From NCBI GenBank assembly GCA_963743835.1, contig CAVUQX010000004.1, positions 2,560 to 66,559 of the forward strand: a DNA stretch of 64,000 nucleotides, given 5' to 3'. Each line of letters starts with the position of its first letter. The stretch's first letter is position 1. This stretch comes from Candidatus Dormiibacterota bacterium (GTDB lineage: Bacteria > Chloroflexota > Dormibacteria > Aeolococcales > Aeolococcaceae). Both the position numbers and the translations under genes were made by a program. The notes under the pieces are model-generated. The model did not search any database. It was not told the origin of the DNA and saw nothing but the letters and a program-made list of their open reading frames with translations. Shown one piece after another: positions 1 through 10,585 of this stretch.

Positions 1-413
1 CCGTTGGTGGGTCCGGCGTTGGCGGCGAGGAGGTCGTCGAGGCTGCGATAGACGGCGCGCAGCACCTCCTGCTCGGCGCGAATCCCGGTCAGGCGCGTGC
101 CGAGCTCGACCTGCCGCTCCTCGGTTGCGGCAAGGTCGGCGCGGATCTTGGCGAGCGTTCTGAAGGCGCTGTCGATCTCATCGACGTCGCCGGCCGGCAG
201 CACGCTCAGCAGCGCACCCCAGCGTCCTTCGGCCTCGTGCTGCGCGGTTCGGAGCTCCTGCAGACGCAGGGCCACCGCCGAGAGCTCGTCATCGAGCGCC
301 GCGGCCGTTGCATCGAGGTCTTCGATGCGCTTGGTCACCAGGAATCGGACACCGGACAGCGCGGATGGATTCATGGTGGGGGCCGCTTCGACTTCGCTCA
401 ACATGGTCATCAT
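1..413 (-). CDS. hypothetical coiled-coil protein, N-terminal part (gene continues past left edge)
   Basis: Own minus-strand translation from ATG-ATG at 413/410: MMTMLSEVEAAPTMNPSALSGVRFLVTKRIEDLDATAAALDDELSAVALRLQELRTAQHEAEGRW...IRAEQEVLRAVYRSLDDLLAANAGPTN. Open to base 1. Not in the ORF track because there is no stop inside the window. Confidence 0.4.
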   Translation of the reverse strand, partial: MMTMLSEVEAAPTMNPSALSGVRFLVTKRIEDLDATAAALDDELSAVALRLQELRTAQHEAEGRWGALLSVLPAGDVDEIDSAFRTLAKIRADLAATEERQVELGTRLTGIRAEQEVLRAVYRSLDDLLAANAGPTN

Positions 414-547
414 GTCACCGCAGAGTCGCACCCTGCCCGGAGTTCACAAATGGCTGTGACAGGCCTGTTGCACGCCGAGCCGCAAGTGGCCGCCCAGCGT
501 ATAACCAGATCGCAGTCGAACCACCGCTCCAGGAAATGTACACGCAT

Positions 548-985
548 ATGACGCACGGCGACCCACCTCGCATTCTCGTCGCGGAAGATGACAACTCGCT
601 TCGCCGTCTTCTCGAGTTGCGGCTCGCCAGTGACGGGTTCGACGTCCGCTGTGCCGAGGACGGCATGGAGGCCCTCGAGATCGTGATCAAGGGTTGGCTG
701 CCGGATGCGGTCGTCTGCGACGTGATGATGCCGCGATTGAGCGGGCTGTCGGTCTGTCGTGAGCTTCGCGCTCAGACGAAGACGGCGACCACCCCGATCA
801 TCCTGCTCACCGCGCGCTGCTTCGACGAAGACATTCAAGCTGTCATGGATCTCGGCGGGATCACATACATGGGCAAGCCGTTCGAGTTCGCGCATCTGCT
901 CAAGATGCTCTGGTCGTCGGTTGGGCTCGAACAACCGGGCACTGCAGCAGCAGCCCGCGTGATCTCGGGAGCATCGCAGAGCTGA
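548..985 (+). CDS. stand-alone response regulator receiver (CheY-like)
   Basis: ORF 308..985 with internal ATG at 548 (MTHGDPPRILVAEDD). Receiver motifs ILVAEDD, VVCDVMMPRLSG, ILLTAR, YMGKPF. AGGAA lies about 13 nt upstream. Confidence 0.85.
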   Translation: MTHGDPPRILVAEDDNSLRRLLELRLASDGFDVRCAEDGMEALEIVIKGWLPDAVVCDVMMPRLSGLSVCRELRAQTKTATTPIILLTARCFDEDIQAVMDLGGITYMGKPFEFAHLLKMLWSSVGLEQPGTAAAARVISGASQS

Positions 986-1005
986 CGGACAGGTAGCAGG
1001 CGGCG

Positions 1006-2665
1006 GTGATGAGCAGCGTGGCGGCTGAGGCGGTGCAGAAGCAGCGGTGCGGTTCCGCGACGTCTCGATTCCTGACGTCACCGAGCGGAATTCTTCATCG
1101 CGCGGTGCTGGTCATCATGGCCCTGCCCGGTCACGAGAACCATTCAGGACCCCGATTTCTGGTGGCATCTTCGCGCCGGCCAGCTGATCATCCAGCACGG
1201 CGGCCTGCTCGGCAACGACCCGTTCACGTACACAGTGCCGAACCATCACTGGACGATGCACGAGTGGCTGAACGAGGTGCTCTTCGCCATCGAGTTCGCC
1301 ATCGGCGGACTCGGGCTGATCGTGCTCGTCCTCTCCGCCGTCACGTGGCTCGGACTGCTCGCGATCATGCAGAAGGCGCGCCTGCGCCACCCCAGCCGTG
1401 CGGTCCTCGGCATCGGCATGCTCATCGCGCGTCATCGCCGGATTCCCGATCTGGGGACCGCGCGTGCAGATGGTCACATTCGCCTTCTCCGCCTTGACGC
1501 TGTTGCTGGTCGAGCGATATCTGGTGCGCGGCGGAAAAGCCATGTGGATCATCGTTCCGCTGTTCGTGCTGTGGAGCAACCTGCACGGCGAGTTCGTGAT
1601 CGGACTCGCGTTCATCGCTGCGATCCTCATCGCCGAGGTGATCGGTGGATTCCTGCGCATGCCGGACTCCGCTCCGCGCTCACGTCTGCTGCCCCTCCTC
1701 TACCTGTTGCTCGCGTGCACGGTGGCGAGCATGGTCAACCTCAACGGCCCGGGCATCCTGTTCTACGCGATCGGCACGCAGACATCGGCTGCGCAGCAAT
1801 CGCTCATCGAGGAGTGGTTCTCGCCGAGCTTCCACGACTGGGAGGTGCTCGTCTACGGAGCGATGCTGCTCAGCCTCGCGGCGCTGATCATCTTCAACCG
1901 GCGCATCCGCGCGCGCGACGTCGTCCTCGTGGTGCTCGACGACCGTGCTGTCACTGCAGTCCGCGCGCAACATCGAGCTCTTCGTCGCGGCGTCGACCGC
2001 GATCTACATCGACCAGCTCAACCTCGCGTCGCCGCGAATGCGCGCGGGTCTGCGCCGCCTTCGCCCGCGCCCGCCAGGGTGCGAGTGCGGACACGCGCGC
2101 AGCCGCCGCTGCTCTTCCGGCTCACCGCCAGCGCGATGCTCGTCGCCGGTCTTGGCGGCGTGTACATCGCGTGGCTGGTGCCGAAGATGGAGCTGCAGCC
2201 GTCTTCGCTCGCGTATGCGCAGGAGTTCCCGTCTGCGCCGCGCAGTGGCTCGCCGGCGCGCCCGACGGGCTGAAGATCTTCAACCAGTACGGCGAGGGTG
2301 GCTATCTCGCGTACACGCTGTCGTCGCACGGCGACAAGGTGTTCATCTTCGGTGACGCCGCGCTCATGGGCGATCAGATGCTCTACACGTACGCGGACGT
2401 CGAGACCGTCACGCCGAGCTGGGACTCGATCATCCGCCGTTTCGGCACGGATATCGTCCTGTACGACGTCAACACGCCGCTCGCCGACGTGATGGACCAC
2501 GCAGCCGACTGGACCAAGGTGTACCAGGATGGTCTGAGCGTCGCGTTCGTGCCGAACGACAAGCTGTCCACGGTGCACCTGCCGCCGGTGCCGCACTGGG
2601 CGCCGGGCAGCGTCTGCGCGCGGCAGGCCAAGGCGCCGCCGAACACCGGAGCGCAGAACCAGTGA
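1006..2665 (+). pseudogene. polytopic membrane protein with Asp-containing first loop (GT-C glycosyltransferase-like architecture), paralog 1, multiply frameshifted
   Basis: Frame-walking by eye across ORFs: AVLVIMALP (ORF 1006..1497) -> PVTRTIQDPDFWWHLRAGQLIIQHGGLLGNDPFTYTVPNHHWTMHEWLNEVLF (ORF 1235..2665 frame) -> FPIWGPRVQMVTFAFSALTLLLVERYL...LHGEFVIGLAFIAAILIAEV (ORF 1398..2273) -> LSLQSARNIELFVAASTAIYIDQLN (ORF 1945..2355) -> RLTASAMLVAGLGGVYIAWLV -> IFNQYGEGGYLAYTLSSHGDKVFIFGDAALMGDQML..stop 2665. At least 5 frame changes. The 5' end is uncertain. The function call rests on architecture only. Confidence 0.5.
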
Positions 2666-4200
2666 AACGTCCCGACCTCCTGGTCATCGCCGGCCCTGAG
2701 CAGCAGCACCGCGCCGTCCGCGACGCCGGATCGCCTGGATCGCCGGCGCGGCGATCGTGGTGCTCGATGCTCACCGTGCAGCCATTCAGCAACACCGACG
2801 TCTGGTGGCATCTCGCCCTCGGACGGCTGATCACCACCAGCGGCATCCCGCGCACGAGCCGTTCAGCTTCCTTCCCGCAGCACACGCGTGGGTCGGCCAG
2901 CAGTGGCTCTACGAGGTCACTCTCGCCGGCCTCGTGGGTGTCGGCGGCGCCGGTCTCGCGTCGCTGGTGATGGGGCTCGCCGCGGTCGCGGCGGTGATGC
3001 TCGCGATCCTCTCGGTACCGCGTGCATCGCGGATCAGCGGGCCGTGGCTCGCGCTCGCGATGGTGATCACCGGTGTCGTCCTCAACAGCGTCGCCGGCGT
3101 GAGCAGCGCGGTGATCTCGGTGCTCGGGGTCGCGATCGTCCTCTTCGTCGTCAGCCGCTGGCGCGAAGGCCGGACTCGCCGCTGTGTGGGGCCTGCCGCC
3201 ACTCTTCCTGCTCTGGGCCAACATGGATGCCGGCTTCGCGGCCGGGCTGCTGATCCTCGTTGCGGAGCTCTGCTGATGATCCGTCCAGTCGCCGGCCACG
3301 CGTCGGGAGCCGGCGGCAACTCGGCGCAGCGCTGGGGGTCAGCGCGGTCGCGGCGCTCGCCAACCCGGTGGGACCCGGCATCTACGCGTCGGTGCTCTCC
3401 GGGGTCTTCAATCCCGGCGTCGCCCAGGCCTCGCCGGCTTCGGGTCGCCCAATTTCCACGAGGCGTGGGCGCGGCTCTTCGAAGCCGAGGTGATCCTCGT
3501 GGTCGCGCTCTGGACCGTCTCCGGCGGCCCCGACCGGTTCAGCGCGATCACCGGGTTCGGACTGCTCGATCGCAACGCTCTTCGCGCAGGAGAACCTCGG
3601 ATCTGTTCGCCGTCTTCGTCGCGCCGCAGCTCGCGATCCACGGGTCACGGGCCTGGGCGCTGCACGTGGCTCCGCGCCTCGGGCGCCGCGCGGAGGCGAT
3701 GCCCGGTCGCCACCTCCATCCGATGCCGACCAGCGCAGCGCTGCTCGTGATGGCCGCGGCGATGACGGTGGTCCTCGTCCCGCGGCTCAGCGCCTCGGCG
3801 AGCGCCACATACCAGGCGACCACCTATCCGGAAGCGGCCGCGACATACGCCGGAGCGAACTTCCCGGGACAGCGCATCTACACGATCGACACTGGGGCGG
3901 ATACCTCGCGTACCGCTTCCCGCCGGGCCGGGTCGTCTTCCTCTACGACGAGCCGGCGGTCTTCGGCACCAACGCGCTGCAGCTGTACCACGCCATCGAC
4001 CAGCTCGATCCCGAACTGGATCCACGTGCTGACGAGCGAGGACATCCACCACGCGATCCTTCCGTCGGAGGCCCGCGAGGCGGCAGCGCTGCACGTGCTC
4101 GGATGGACGGTCAACTGCTACGACCCGACGAGCAAAAGCCTCGTCATGTCGTCGCCGCCGAGCGGCACCGCTGCCCCCGAAAGCGGCCTGGTGATCCCGC
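2662..4200 (+). pseudogene. paralog 2 of the GT-C-like polytopic membrane protein, multiply frameshifted
   Basis: Pieces read in order: SNTDVWWHLALGRLITTSGIPR (ORF 2662..2970) -> EPFSFLPAAHAWVGQQWLYEVTLAGLVGVGGAGL...FVVSRWREG (ORF 2757..4397) -> GLAAVWGLPPLFLLWANMDAGFAAGLLILVAEL -> LGAALGVSAVAALANPVGPGIYASVLSGVF (ORF 3260..3493) -> ILVVALWTVSGGPDRFSAITGFGLL (ORF 3490..3750) -> FAVFVAPQLAIHGS...GQRIYTIDTG -> GYLAYRFPPGRVVFLYDEPAVFGTNALQLYHAIDQLDP -> NWIHVLTSEDIHHAILPSEAR..LGWTVNCYDP. At least 7 frame changes. The C-terminal domain aligns by eye with paralog 1. The 3' end is uncertain because it overlaps the convergent gene. Confidence 0.5.
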
Positions 4201-5594
4201 CTCCCGGGCGTCCCGGTCTGCTGAGCGGTCGCTCAGGCTGCGGGCGCCCGCCCGCGTGCGGGTTGACGACGGACCGCGCCGCCTCGAGCCCGGCTTCGAG
4301 CCGCGTCGGCTCGCGCTTCGGCGCCCTGGCCGCTGGAAGCGGCGAGTGCTCGCCCGAGAGCACCTGCGCAAGGTCGTCGCGCTCGAGGAGCCGGTAGATC
4401 TCCGCCGCGCCATCGTTGGCCGGGCCGGCGACGTCGTCGAGACCCGCTCTCCCCGCCTCGGCGCTCACCAGCAGCAGGGTTGCCGCGCATGCTTCGAGAT
4501 CGTCCTGTCCCATCGAGAGGATGACCGCCTGCTCCGCATAGCCCAGGGCGCGCAGCAACGCGCCGCGCCGGATGGCCGATCTCGGCAAGGGCTCGCGACC
4601 CGGATGCGGCGAGCGAGTCGAGCCCGAGGCTTCGCGCAATCACGACGCTTTCGGTGAGCGCGCTGCGCGGCGTCATCGAGCGCGCCGGCGAGCAGCGCGA
4701 TCCGGCCGAGGTCATGGAGCGCTTCGGCGGCGACGGTGAGGTCTCCGCCTCGCCGCGCGCTGTCGAGGAGGTCCTCGCCGTAGCGAGCGGCGGCCGCGAA
4801 GTCGTTGCGCGCCCGAGCGAGCCCGCCCAGCGCGGCGAGCGTGCGCTCGCGGATCTGCCGGTCGCTGGCGCTCAAGCGACAGCGCCTGCTCGAGGCAGAG
4901 CTCGGCGTGCGCCGTGTCCCCGGAGTGGAACGCCCCGGCGGCGACATCGATGAGCAGACCGGCGGTGGCGGCGCGAAGGTCGCCTCGCTGGTCCCGGGCG
5001 AGCGCCTCGCCGATGTTGCGCATGGCGTGACCACCCCGACCGGCGTCGAGCTCCACGCGCGCGAGGTTGACGAGTGCCTTGGCGACGATCGCGTCGTCGC
5101 CGGCGCGTCTGCCCAGCTCGGCCGACTTCTCGAGCAGGGCGACTGCGGTCACCGCCTCGCCGGCGCGCGCCGCGTGGCGGCCCCACTCGCCGGCAACCGC
5201 CGCCTGGAGGACGACGTCGCCGCTGCGCTCGGCCAGGCGCAGCGCCGCCTGCCAGTACGCGTCCGCGGCGCCGTTGCCGGCGCCGGACAGCGCTGCCGCC
5301 AGATCCGACATCGCACTCGAGGCCCAGTCGGCGCGCACGAGCGCCCAGACGTTCAGCGCCGACGAGCACGTCCGCCGTGGCGCTGGACGTATCGCCCGAG
5401 CAGCTGATACGCGAGACCGCGCGCGAGCAGCGCGCGCCCCGCTGCTCGGGCTGTCCGTCAGGGGAAAGCCACTCGAGTGCGCGGTCGTACGCCGCGACCG
5501 CATCGGCGACGCGACCATCCCGGAGGGCGGCCGCGCCGGCTGCGAGTTCATCCGGGCGATCCGGATGCAGAGCGGCGATTGGTGGAAGAGACAC
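4118..5594 (-). pseudogene. TPR-like helical-repeat protein, multiply frameshifted
   Basis: Minus-strand pieces: MSLPPIAALHPDRPDELAAGAAALRDGRVADAVAAYDRALEWL (ORF 4872..5594) -> AAALSGAGNGAADAYWQAALRLAERSGD...AVALLEKSAELGRRAGDDAIVAKALVNLARVELDAGR...GEALARDQ (ORF 4712..5965) -> TLAALGGLARARNDFAAAARYGEDLLDSARRGGDLTVAAEALHDLGRIALLAG (ORF 4465..5034) -> ALLRALGYAEQAVILSMGQDDLEACAATLLL (ORF 4118..4639). Ala/Leu-rich 34-aa-like repeats. At least 4 frame changes. Confidence 0.45.
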
Positions 5595-6012
5595 GGCTGA
5601 CCTGAAGTTTCCAGGACCGAGGCATGCATGCGTTCGCCTGTAACAGTGGGTGGTGCGGCATCGTTACGAGACCTTCGTCTGGCAACGGCGATTGCGCAGC
5701 TAGGCTCACCAGAGTGAGCGAGGCGATCCGCGACCGTACGCGCGTGCCTGGTCGGCATGGCTGAAGCTGTGAGCCGGGAGCTCACGCAGACTGCTCCCGC
5801 GCGCCCGATGACCAGCGCGGCGGACCGACCGGCGGGCCGTCTGCCGACGCGCAGGCCGCGCAGCGAGTCCACGTCGATGCCCGTTCGTGACCGCCGAGCC
5901 GGCATCGAGCGAACCATCGAGCTGAGCCGCTGGATGGTGCTGATCTTCGCAGCGGTCGCCAACAACTTCCCGGGTCTCGGCCACCGGCCAGTCGACCGCG
6001 GCGGTCAACCTC

Positions 6013-7143
6013 GTGCTTGGCGCCTGGGGTGTGTTCAACCTCGCGGCGACCGTGATGCTGCTCGCCCACCGGATCCCGGGTCGCCGTCTCCAGGTGGCGA
6101 CCATCGTGCTCGATCTCGCGGTCGCGAGCGGTCTCGTCTACCTGACCGGCGGATACAACTCCGACCTCGCCGTCACCTTCTTCATCGTGGTCATCGCGAG
6201 CAGCCTGCGTTTCGGACTGATCGGCAGCATGGCCTGCGCGTTCGTCGCCGGTGTCGCGTACTTCGTGGTCGGGTTCAACGTCGCGAATCACCACCTCGAC
6301 ACCGTGCTCATCGATGCGCTGGTGTCGCGCCTCTTCCTCCTCTTTGTTGTCGCGCTGAGCAGCAACCTCCTCGCCCGCGAGCTGGTCGGCGAACGCGACG
6401 CTCAGGTGCGCAGGTCCATCGAGCTCGAGCACGCGGCCTTCGCCGAGCTGCGTGAGGTCGACCGCATCAAGAGCGAATTCATGATGCTGGCTTCGCACGA
6501 GTTGCGGACACCTTTGACCAAGATCAAGGCCTGGCTGACACTCATGCACGACGCCGGTGATCGACTCCCCCAGGATGCGCGCGACGAGGGCCTGCACGAG
6601 TTGCGCCTCGAAGCCGAGCACCTCGCCCGCCTCACCGATAACCTGCTGTGCATCGCGCAGCTCGAGTCCGGTGAGATCCGTCTCAAGACCGCGGCGGTCG
6701 ATCTGGAGAACGTCTTCCGCGAGGTGATCGCACGATTCGTCGAATCCGCCGATCACGATCGCTTCGCGATCACCGTCGCGCCGGACGCGCAACGTGTGCT
6801 CGCCGACCACGAGCGTCTTGCACTGGTGGTCGCCTGCCTGATCGACAACGCGCTGAAGTTCTCTCCCGATTCCGAGCCGGTGCGCGTCACCACCTATCGA
6901 GCGGTGAACAAGGTGCACGTCGAGGTCAGGGACAACGGCCGGCGCATCCCGGACAGCGACGTGGATCGCGTCTTCGCCTCCTTCTATCAGGTCGAGTCGC
7001 CACTGCTCCGCCAGCGCGGCGGCTTCGGCGTCGGCCTGTACCTCGCTCGCCAGCTCGTCGAGCGAATGGGCGGGAGGATCTGGATCGACAACTCTCGCGC
7101 ACGCGGCAACACCTTCGTGGTCGCGCTCCCGGTGCACGTCTGA
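6013..7143 (+). CDS. sensor histidine kinase
   Basis: ORF 6013..7143. H-box ASHELRTPLTKI, N-box DNALKFSP, G-boxes VRDNGRRIP and GGFGVGLYLARQLVERMGG, with N-terminal TM helices. A further TM helix (ELSRWMVLIFAAVANNF) lies upstream in the frame of ORF 5757..6455. The true start may therefore be about 5757-5877, with one frame change near 5990. Confidence 0.85.
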   Translation: MLGAWGVFNLAATVMLLAHRIPGRRLQVATIVLDLAVASGLVYLTGGYNSDLAVTFFIVVIASSLRFGLIGSMACAFVAGVAYFVVGFNVANHHLDTVLIDALVSRLFLLFVVALSSNLLARELVGERDAQVRRSIELEHAAFAELREVDRIKSEFMMLASHELRTPLTKIKAWLTLMHDAGDRLPQDARDEGLHELRLEAEHLARLTDNLLCIAQLESGEIRLKTAAVDLENVFREVIARFVESADHDRFAITVAPDAQRVLADHERLALVVACLIDNALKFSPDSEPVRVTTYRAVNKVHVEVRDNGRRIPDSDVDRVFASFYQVESPLLRQRGGFGVGLYLARQLVERMGGRIWIDNSRARGNTFVVALPVHV

Positions 7144-7285
7144 TGCGTCCACCGGCACCGGCTGCGCGGTTGCAGACCCGTAAAGACGGGCAACGCGTTC
7201 GTAACCGCCGCAAACCGGACGCGGTGCCGGTGCTACGTTGCGTCAATGGGCACGTTTGGTGCGGTCGAACCAACTTGAGGAACGG

Positions 7286-8097
7286 ATGACAACCTTCACG
7301 GAATCGATCCTCGCGCCCCTAGGTCACGGTGTGGTCCGAGCGCCTGCAGAGGCGACGGTGCTGGTGATCGACGACGACCCAGCGATGCGGGACATCCTTG
7401 CGACCGTCGCCCAGCAGCACGGCTTCGGCCTCCAGTTCGCCGAGGACGGCGCTGAGGGCCTGCGTCTGGCCGAGCAGAGCGACGTCGACCTCATCCTGCT
7501 CGACCTGAGCCTGCCGGGCATGCCCGGCCTCGACGTCTGCCGGCGCCTTCGCGGAGCCGGTGTCGAAGTCCCGATCATCATCCTGTCGGCGAGCACCGAC
7601 ACCGTGGACGTGGTCGTGGCGCTGGAGATCGGCGCCGATGACTACATCGCCAAACCCTTCGAGATCCGCGAGCTCGCGGCGAGGGTCAACGCCAAGCTCC
7701 GCCGGCAGCGGACCACGCAGTCGCAGGTGCGCCCGGGCGGCTCAAGTTCCCCGGCCTCATCGTCGACATCGGCAGGCACGAGGTGCTCCGCGACGGCGAG
7801 TCCGTGAACCTGACGCCGACCGAGTTCGACCTTCTCGCGCTGCTCTCAGCCTCGCCGGGACGCGTGATCTCGCGCTCCGAGATGATCCAGAAGGTCTGGG
7901 GGCAGGGCGCGGACCTCGACCTGCGCAGCGTCGATGCCCATGTGTACCGCCTTCGTCGAAAGATCGAGCCCACCGGTCCGCGGCCGACGTATATCCACGC
8001 CGTGCCCGGGATCGGCTATCGGTTCGAGCGTCGCGGCCTCAACGAGCGGCTGTCGCGCAGCGTGACCGGGAGCGACGAGACCGGCCTAGCCAGCTGA
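7286..8097 (+). pseudogene. OmpR/PhoB-family response regulator, one frameshift between receiver and winged-helix domains
   Basis: Receiver domain in ORF 7238..7807 (ATG 7286 after GAGGAA; VLVIDDDPAMRD, LILLDLSLPGMPG, IILSAS, YIAKPF). The winged helix continues in ORF 7783..8097 frame (LKFPGLIVDIGRHEVLRDGESVNLTPTEFDLLALL...VDAHVYRLRRKIE..YIHAVPGIGYRF). Frame change near 7730. Confidence 0.8.
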
Positions 8098-8565
8098 CCA
8101 GGGCGGTGGCGACCATGCCGATCGTGTGGCCGTGCTGCGCGGCAGCGTCCGGCGCGGGCCCGGCTCCTCGACGAGCACGAGCTGGCCGCGATCGTTCAGG
8201 GTGGCCGGGCGCGCCTCGACGATCTGCCCGCGGAGCAGCGACAGCGGTCGTCCATGGGGTCGCTGGAACTCGTAGCAGATTGCCTCACGGCCATCCCACA
8301 GCCGTCGTTTCGAGGAGCCCGCGATACACCGCGAGGCTCCGGGTGACTCGCCGCTGCTGCGGGGTTCTCACGGTGTACGAGATTCGATACATCTCCCCCC
8401 GCCGCAACTGGAAACGTTCCACCTCTCCGTGATGCCCTGCACTCTGTGCATTCATCATCGTTTGCAAGTATTGACGCGTTTTGCGCGATCCACTCGGACT
8501 CCGCGTGACGCGCGGGTCACAGACTGCCATCGCCCCTTCGGATCCTCTGACAGCGTCGGATCGCG

Positions 8566-9390
8566 ATGGGCATCGAGCGGCGGTGCAAACTATCGTCCAG
8601 GTTTCAGGTGACCGTCTCCATTGCATGCGTTTCCGGCAAGGGCGGCGTGGGCAAGACCACGACCGTCATCAACCTCGGCGCCGCGCTCGCCGAGCGAGGT
8701 AAGCGCGTGCTCCTCGTGGATTGCGATCCCCAGTCGAACCTCACCAGCGGCGTCGGTTTCGACCCATACGACGAGCGCCCAGGCATCGCCGCCGTGATCG
8801 GTGGACACGCCGAGGCGTCGGACGCGATCACCGAGACCAGCTGGCCGAACCTCTGGGTCCTGCCGGCATCGCCGGACCTGTCGGCCGTAGAGGGCGAGCT
8901 CGCATCCTCCATCGACAAGGAGCTGGCACTTCGTGATGCACTGCGTCGTGACGGGGCGCGAGCCGGCTTTGACTACGTGCTCTTCGACACCCCTCCGAGT
9001 TTCGGCTTTCAGACCATCAGCGCTCTCGCCGCCGCCGGCGATGTGCTCATCCCGGTGCAGATGTCCGGCTTTGCGATTCGCGGCCTCAAGGAGGTGCTGC
9101 GCACCGTGCACCTGGTGCGAGGGCGCCTCAACCCCGACCTCGCCATCCTCGGGATCGTCCCCACCTTCGTGAACCTGCGCACGCGGTTCAGCCGTCAGCT
9201 CCTCGACGGTCTCTGCGAGCTTGCCAACATCCGCGTGTTCGCCACCGTGATCACCCCGACCGTCAAGCTGCAGGAGACCTCGCTCGCGGGCATCCCGATC
9301 ACCGCCTATGCCTCGTCGTCCAAAGCGGCGGCCGCCTACCGCGAGCTCGCCGGCGAGGTCGCGGGAGATGAGGTGGCCGCCGGTGTCTGA
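8566..9390 (+). CDS. parA: ParA/Soj-family ATPase
   Basis: ORF 8566..9390. Deviant Walker [19 protein letters not shown], then [22 protein letters not shown]. The more likely start is GTG at 8608 ([13 protein letters not shown]). Confidence 0.9.
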   Translation: MGIERRCKLSSRFQVTVSIACVSGKGGVGKTTTVINLGAALAERGKRVLLVDCDPQSNLTSGVGFDPYDERPGIAAVIGGHAEASDAITETSWPNLWVLPASPDLSAVEGELASSIDKELALRDALRRDGARAGFDYVLFDTPPSFGFQTISALAAAGDVLIPVQMSGFAIRGLKEVLRTVHLVRGRLNPDLAILGIVPTFVNLRTRFSRQLLDGLCELANIRVFATVITPTVKLQETSLAGIPITAYASSSKAAAAYRELAGEVAGDEVAAGV

Positions 9391-9419
9391 GCTGGGAGAG
9401 CGCGCCGCACCACCGGTGA

Positions 9420-10061
9420 ATGGACCGCCGCTCTCCGGTCCCATGGCTCGCTGGCTCGCGCCCACGTCCGAAGTCGCGGGTGGAGCGTATCGCCATCGAA
9501 GCCGTGCACGACCGGCCCTGGTGGCCGGGCAGCGACGTCGAGCCCGCGACGCTCGCCGCGCTCCGGGCTAGCATCGCGTCACGCGGGATCATCGAGCCCC
9601 TGCTCCTCCGCCGCCGCGGAACCGACAGGTTCGAGGTGGTCTGCGGATCGCGCCGCCTTCGCGCCGCACGAGACCTGGGTCAGACCCACATCCCCGCGAT
9701 CGTCCGCGAGCTGTCCGAGCGCGAGGCGCTGCTCGTCGCGGCCTGGACCACCGTCGAGCGCCGGCAGCACACCGGCGATCGCACCGCCCTGAGCGAACGC
9801 CTGCTGGCCGCCGGGTTCACCGCGGAGGAAACCCGCGTCCTCGCCGACCAGCCGTCGCTCGCCCCCGCTCAGGCGGTGGCTCAGGGGAATGCGCCGGCAT
9901 TCGTGCTTCGCCCCGATCCGCTCTCGCGTCCGCGCCGTTTTGCCGCCGACATCGCGTTCGACCTCCCCCACGCGGAGGTGCTCCCGCAGATGTCGACCGA
10001 GGCGCTGACCACCGCGCTCGCCGCCCTTGACGGGGTGAGCCTTGTCGCCCTGGTGCGGTGA
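9420..10061 (+). CDS. ParB N-terminal-domain protein (short, 213 aa or less)
   Basis: ORF 9420..10061: IAIEAVHDRPWWPG...GIIEPLLLRRRGTDRFEVVCGSRRLRAARDLGQTHIPAIVRELSEREALLVAAWTTVERRQ. This is the ParB/Srx-like fold with a GxRRxRA arginine patch. I could not recognise a C-terminal HTH or dimerisation domain. Confidence 0.75.
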   Translation: MDRRSPVPWLAGSRPRPKSRVERIAIEAVHDRPWWPGSDVEPATLAALRASIASRGIIEPLLLRRRGTDRFEVVCGSRRLRAARDLGQTHIPAIVRELSEREALLVAAWTTVERRQHTGDRTALSERLLAAGFTAEETRVLADQPSLAPAQAVAQGNAPAFVLRPDPLSRPRRFAADIAFDLPHAEVLPQMSTEALTTALAALDGVSLVALVR

Positions 10062-10585
10062 GCTCTGTCCCGCGTCACTCCGAGGAAGAGCTTCGTCAGC
10101 AGTGGGCGTTCCTCGACGCTCTCGTCGATCGGCAAGCCGCCAGCTTGAAGTCGGGGATCCAGGATCCTGAGGACGACGACCTGACCGCGACCGCCCCGAT
10201 GGTGACCGCCGACACGGACTATCTCGAGGAGATCTCCACCCTGACCCAGCGGGTCACGAGCCTCGAGGACGAGCGGACGACCCTGCTGCGGCGGATTGAC
10301 CTGTCCGAGGAGGCGCGCATGGCCGCCGAATCGGCTCGAGCCGCGGCCGACGCAGCGCGCGCAGCCGCCGAACGCGCCCTTGCGGAGGAACGATCTCGGC
10401 CACGAGCCGGCTCTACACCCACACGATCCCCCGCACCCCTTTGGGAGCCCATCGCGCCCGCATCGGCGCGTGCACCGAGGCGAACTGTGGAGAGCGCCGG
10501 AGCGGCCCATGGTGTTCCCAGCCCGCCGAAGGTGACCCCACCGAAATCACGCCGCAAGAGCTGGTGGCAGCGAATCAGGGACTGA
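10058..10585 (+). CDS. hypothetical coiled-coil / Ala-Arg-Glu-rich protein
   Basis: ORF 10058..10585. The GTG start overlaps the ParB-like stop (GTGA). Sequence LEEISTLTQRVTSLEDERTTLLRRIDLSEEARMAAESARAAADAARAAAERALAEE, followed by a Pro/Ser/Arg-rich tail. Confidence 0.6.
   Translation: MSSVPRHSEEELRQQWAFLDALVDRQAASLKSGIQDPEDDDLTATAPMVTADTDYLEEISTLTQRVTSLEDERTTLLRRIDLSEEARMAAESARAAADAARAAAERALAEERSRPRAGSTPTRSPAPLWEPIAPASARAPRRTVESAGAAHGVPSPPKVTPPKSRRKSWWQRIRD

Noticed and set aside
8598-8613. parS-like sequence GTTTCAGGTGACCG at the parA start region
   Set aside because: Only about 10 of 14 positions match the canonical GTTTCACGTGAAAC core, and the right half is not palindromic. It is too weak to call without a genome-wide motif search.
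8566-10061. ParA/ParB pair as a marker of the replication origin
   Set aside because: No dnaA, dnaN, rsmG, rnpA or rpmH genes and no DnaA-box cluster are visible nearby. The ParB-like protein is truncated. The context is Tad and two-component genes.
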